A stretch of DNA of 64,000 bases from Somniosus microcephalus (Eukaryota), in NCBI GenBank assembly GCA_052327205.1, contig CM126208.1, forward strand, positions 109,492,001-109,556,000. Direction: 5' to 3'. Positions 61,313 to 64,000 of the stretch are shown in pieces; the first letter of the stretch is position 1; each line of letters starts with the position of its first letter. The translations under genes were made by a program, and so were the position numbers. The notes below the pieces were generated by a model. That model was not told the origin of the DNA and ran no database searches. It worked only from the letters and a program-made list of their open reading frames with translations.

Positions 61313-62477
61313 TGGGAGAGGAAGAAGCAGCAAGTTGTGAACAAGATGGGAAGGTGCTAATGAGCAAGAAAGTGGCTCTAGTGTGAAATGTGAAAACAGC
61401 AGAAAAGTGGAATGCTTTCCAGTTGCTACTTGGTAAAAGCAGAATACATAACTGAAATCAGTGGAATGAGAGTTGGGCGGGTTCTATAAAGGGTGGGTGA
61501 ATTGCTTTGCCAGATTACTGCCAGGTGGTGAAGATGAAAGTATATTCCAATATTTCATACATGCACTAAATGATTTTTAAAACACTATCAGTGGTAAGAA
61601 CCAGATATTGGAAGAGTGCTGTAATGTATTAAATATAAATTGTTTGGAGCCGGGAGTTCCTTTGCCTTATGCTTACAATATATTGAATTGGTAATTGAAT
61701 TGTTTATACTGTCTACAGTCAATTTCAATTCATGATGATGCTGAAAAGAGGATTTCATATGAAAATTCTGCTTGCAAGCTTGTCCTGTCTGGAGGTTTTA
61801 AAAGATAAAACACAAGTCACAAGGGAGAGATTATGGCAAAACTGCATTTAGGATTATGTGGCATCTCAGATGAGTAGAGTTCTCCTTTCATGAGGTACAA
61901 TCAATGTACTGGGTGACAGGGCAGTGTCTCAGACTTTAATCCTTTGACCCACACTAAATTACAAACTGGTGTTTGTATAATCCTGAAAATGCTGCAGAAA
62001 ATCAGTAAATTTTACACACACCAACATAAGGCTGATATTTAATTCCAGTATCAATCTTTGTAAAATGTGGGATTTTAAGAGACATTTATGAATTCTCAGC
62101 AGGGGGCTGTCAAATACCATGGTCTGTTTTTACCAGAATATTTTTGGTAGCAGCATTGGGATCAGTCTGAGATTTACAGGGTTAAAGTACTTTAAACCTG
62201 AACCCAAAACATTGCTACACTGTCAAATTTACCTCTGAGCTTAATATAGTATCAATTTTGCTTTTCATAAGAACATTAGAAAACATGAAATGAGAAAAGC
62301 TCATCACCCTATATAGGCCACTCCCTTTGCCGGTATTGTATAATCTGCTCTATCATGGAATCTACACTCCTCCATTTAATCTTCGGAGGGAAAGTTCTGT
62401 ATAAATATTTCATGAGCCCCATGAGTAAAATTTCAGTACAGGAATATTCACCAATCCCACATCACTGCTTCTCACCT

Positions 62478-63572
62478 TTAGAAGAGATTGGCAAAATGGA
62501 AAAGGAGGAGAGGTAGTCCTGATAATAAAGGATGGGATAAGGACAATGGAGAGAAAGGATCTTAGCTCCAAAAATTAAGAAGTAGAATCAGTTTGGGTGG
62601 AGCTAAGAAACAACAAGGGGCAGAAAACATTGGTGGGAGTTGTTTATAGGCCCCCAAACAATATTTGTAATGTAGGGCAGAGTATAAATCAGGAAATTAG
62701 AGGCGCATGTAACAAGGGTAATACAGTAATCATGGGGGATTTTAATCTACATATAGACTGGGCATACCAAATTTGCAGTAATAGTGTAGAGGATGAATTC
62801 ATGGAATGTATGCAAGATAGTTTTCTAGATCAGTATGTTGAGGAACCAACTAAGGAACAGGTTATTTTAGATCTAGTATTGTGCAATACGAAAGGGTTAA
62901 TTAATAACCTTGTAGTAAAGGGGTCTTTAGGGAAGAGTGACCATAATATGATAGAATTTTATATTGAGTTTGAAAGTGATTTAGTTAAATCCGAAACTAG
63001 AGTCTTAAATTTAAACAAAGCAAACTACATAGGTTTGAGGGGCGAGTTGGCTAAGGTAGACTGAGAAACTACATTAAAAGGTATGATGGTAGACAAGTAA
63101 TGGCTAGCATTTAAAGAATTAATACATAATTTACAACAAATATACATTCCTTTACGGCACAAAAACCCCACAGGAAAAGTGGTCCAACTGTGGCTAACAA
63201 GAGAAGTTAAAGATAGCATTAGATCAAAGGAAGAGGCTTATAATATTGCCAAAAAGAGTAGTAAGCCTGAGGATTGGGAGGATTTTAGAATTCAGCAAAG
63301 GAGGACCAAGAAATTGATAAAGAAAGGGAAAATAGAATATGAGAGTAAACTAGCGAGAGACATAAAAACAGACTGTAAAAGCTTCTATAGGTATGTAAAA
63401 AGGAAAAGATTAGCGAAAGTAAATGTGGGTCCCTTACAGACTGAGACAGCAGAAATTATAATGGGGAATAAGGAAATGGGAGAAAAATTAAACAAATACT
63501 TTTGTATCTGTCTTCACAGAAGAAGATGTAAAAAACTTTCCAGAAATAGTGGAGAACCAAGGGTCTAGCAAG
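62478..63572 (+). mobile_element. CR1 LINE endonuclease/linker fragment
   Basis: GVVYRPP, MGDFN, ILDLVL, SDHN motifs. Confidence 0.9.
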
Positions 63573-64000
63573 CATGATGGAGCTGTATAAAACACTGGTT
63601 AGGCCACAGCTGGAATACTGTGTGCAGTTCTGGTCGCCACACTACAGGAAGGATGTGATAGCTTTGGAGAGGGTGCAGAGGAGATTCACCAGGATGTTAC
63701 CAGGGCTGGAGCGCTTCAGCTATGAAGAGAGACTGGGCAGATTGGGTTTGTTTTCCTTGGAGCAGAGGAGGCTGAGGGGGGACATGATTGAGGTGTACAA
63801 AATTATGAGGGGCATAGATAGGATGGATACTAAGGAGCTTTTTCCCTTAGTAGAAGGGTCAATAACTAGGGGGCATAGATTCAAGGTAAAGGGCGGGAGG
63901 TTTAGAGGGGATTTGAGAAAGAACTTTTTCACCCAGAGGGTGGTTGGAGTCTGGAACTCGCTGCCTGAAAGGGTTGTGGAGGCTGGAACCCTCACAACAT
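63573..64000 (+). mobile_element. CR1 3' fragment of the 49681-52983 subfamily, running off the window
   Basis: MMELYKTLVRPQLEYCVQFWSPHYRKD... closely similar to 52394-52820. Confidence 0.9.

Overview
Eukaryotic (cartilaginous fish, most likely shark) genomic DNA. The only host gene I can support is adenylate cyclase 8 (ADCY8) on the minus strand: coding exons 1-4 (19413-18556, 16561-16412, 7591-7461, 6859-6748) with GT-AG junctions and consistent phases, a CpG-rich promoter and a perfect CRE (TGACGTCA). Exon 5 onward was not found and probably lies beyond position 1. Most of the rest is transposon-derived: many CR1/HER1-type LINEs (one apparently full length, with ORF1 zinc finger plus SGNH esterase and a tandem 306-bp TATA-containing 5' monomer array), L2 remnants, Penelope-like elements with minimal hammerhead-ribozyme motifs, a two-gene Harbinger transposon, a hAT/Charlie remnant enclosing a CpG-rich foreign-looking segment, HE1/V-SINEs, Deu-domain SINEs, four solo LTRs with 5-bp TSDs (three carrying CTCF-like motifs), and a 17-bp minisatellite that expanded inside a MITE. 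Two multi-level nested insertion clusters (about 23.9-35.8 kb and 42.4-54.0 kb) can be reconstructed from junctions. I found no evidence of a wholly new host system; the most unusual signals are in mobile-element architecture. Family names come from motif recognition by eye, not from database searches, and TE boundaries without TSDs are approximate.
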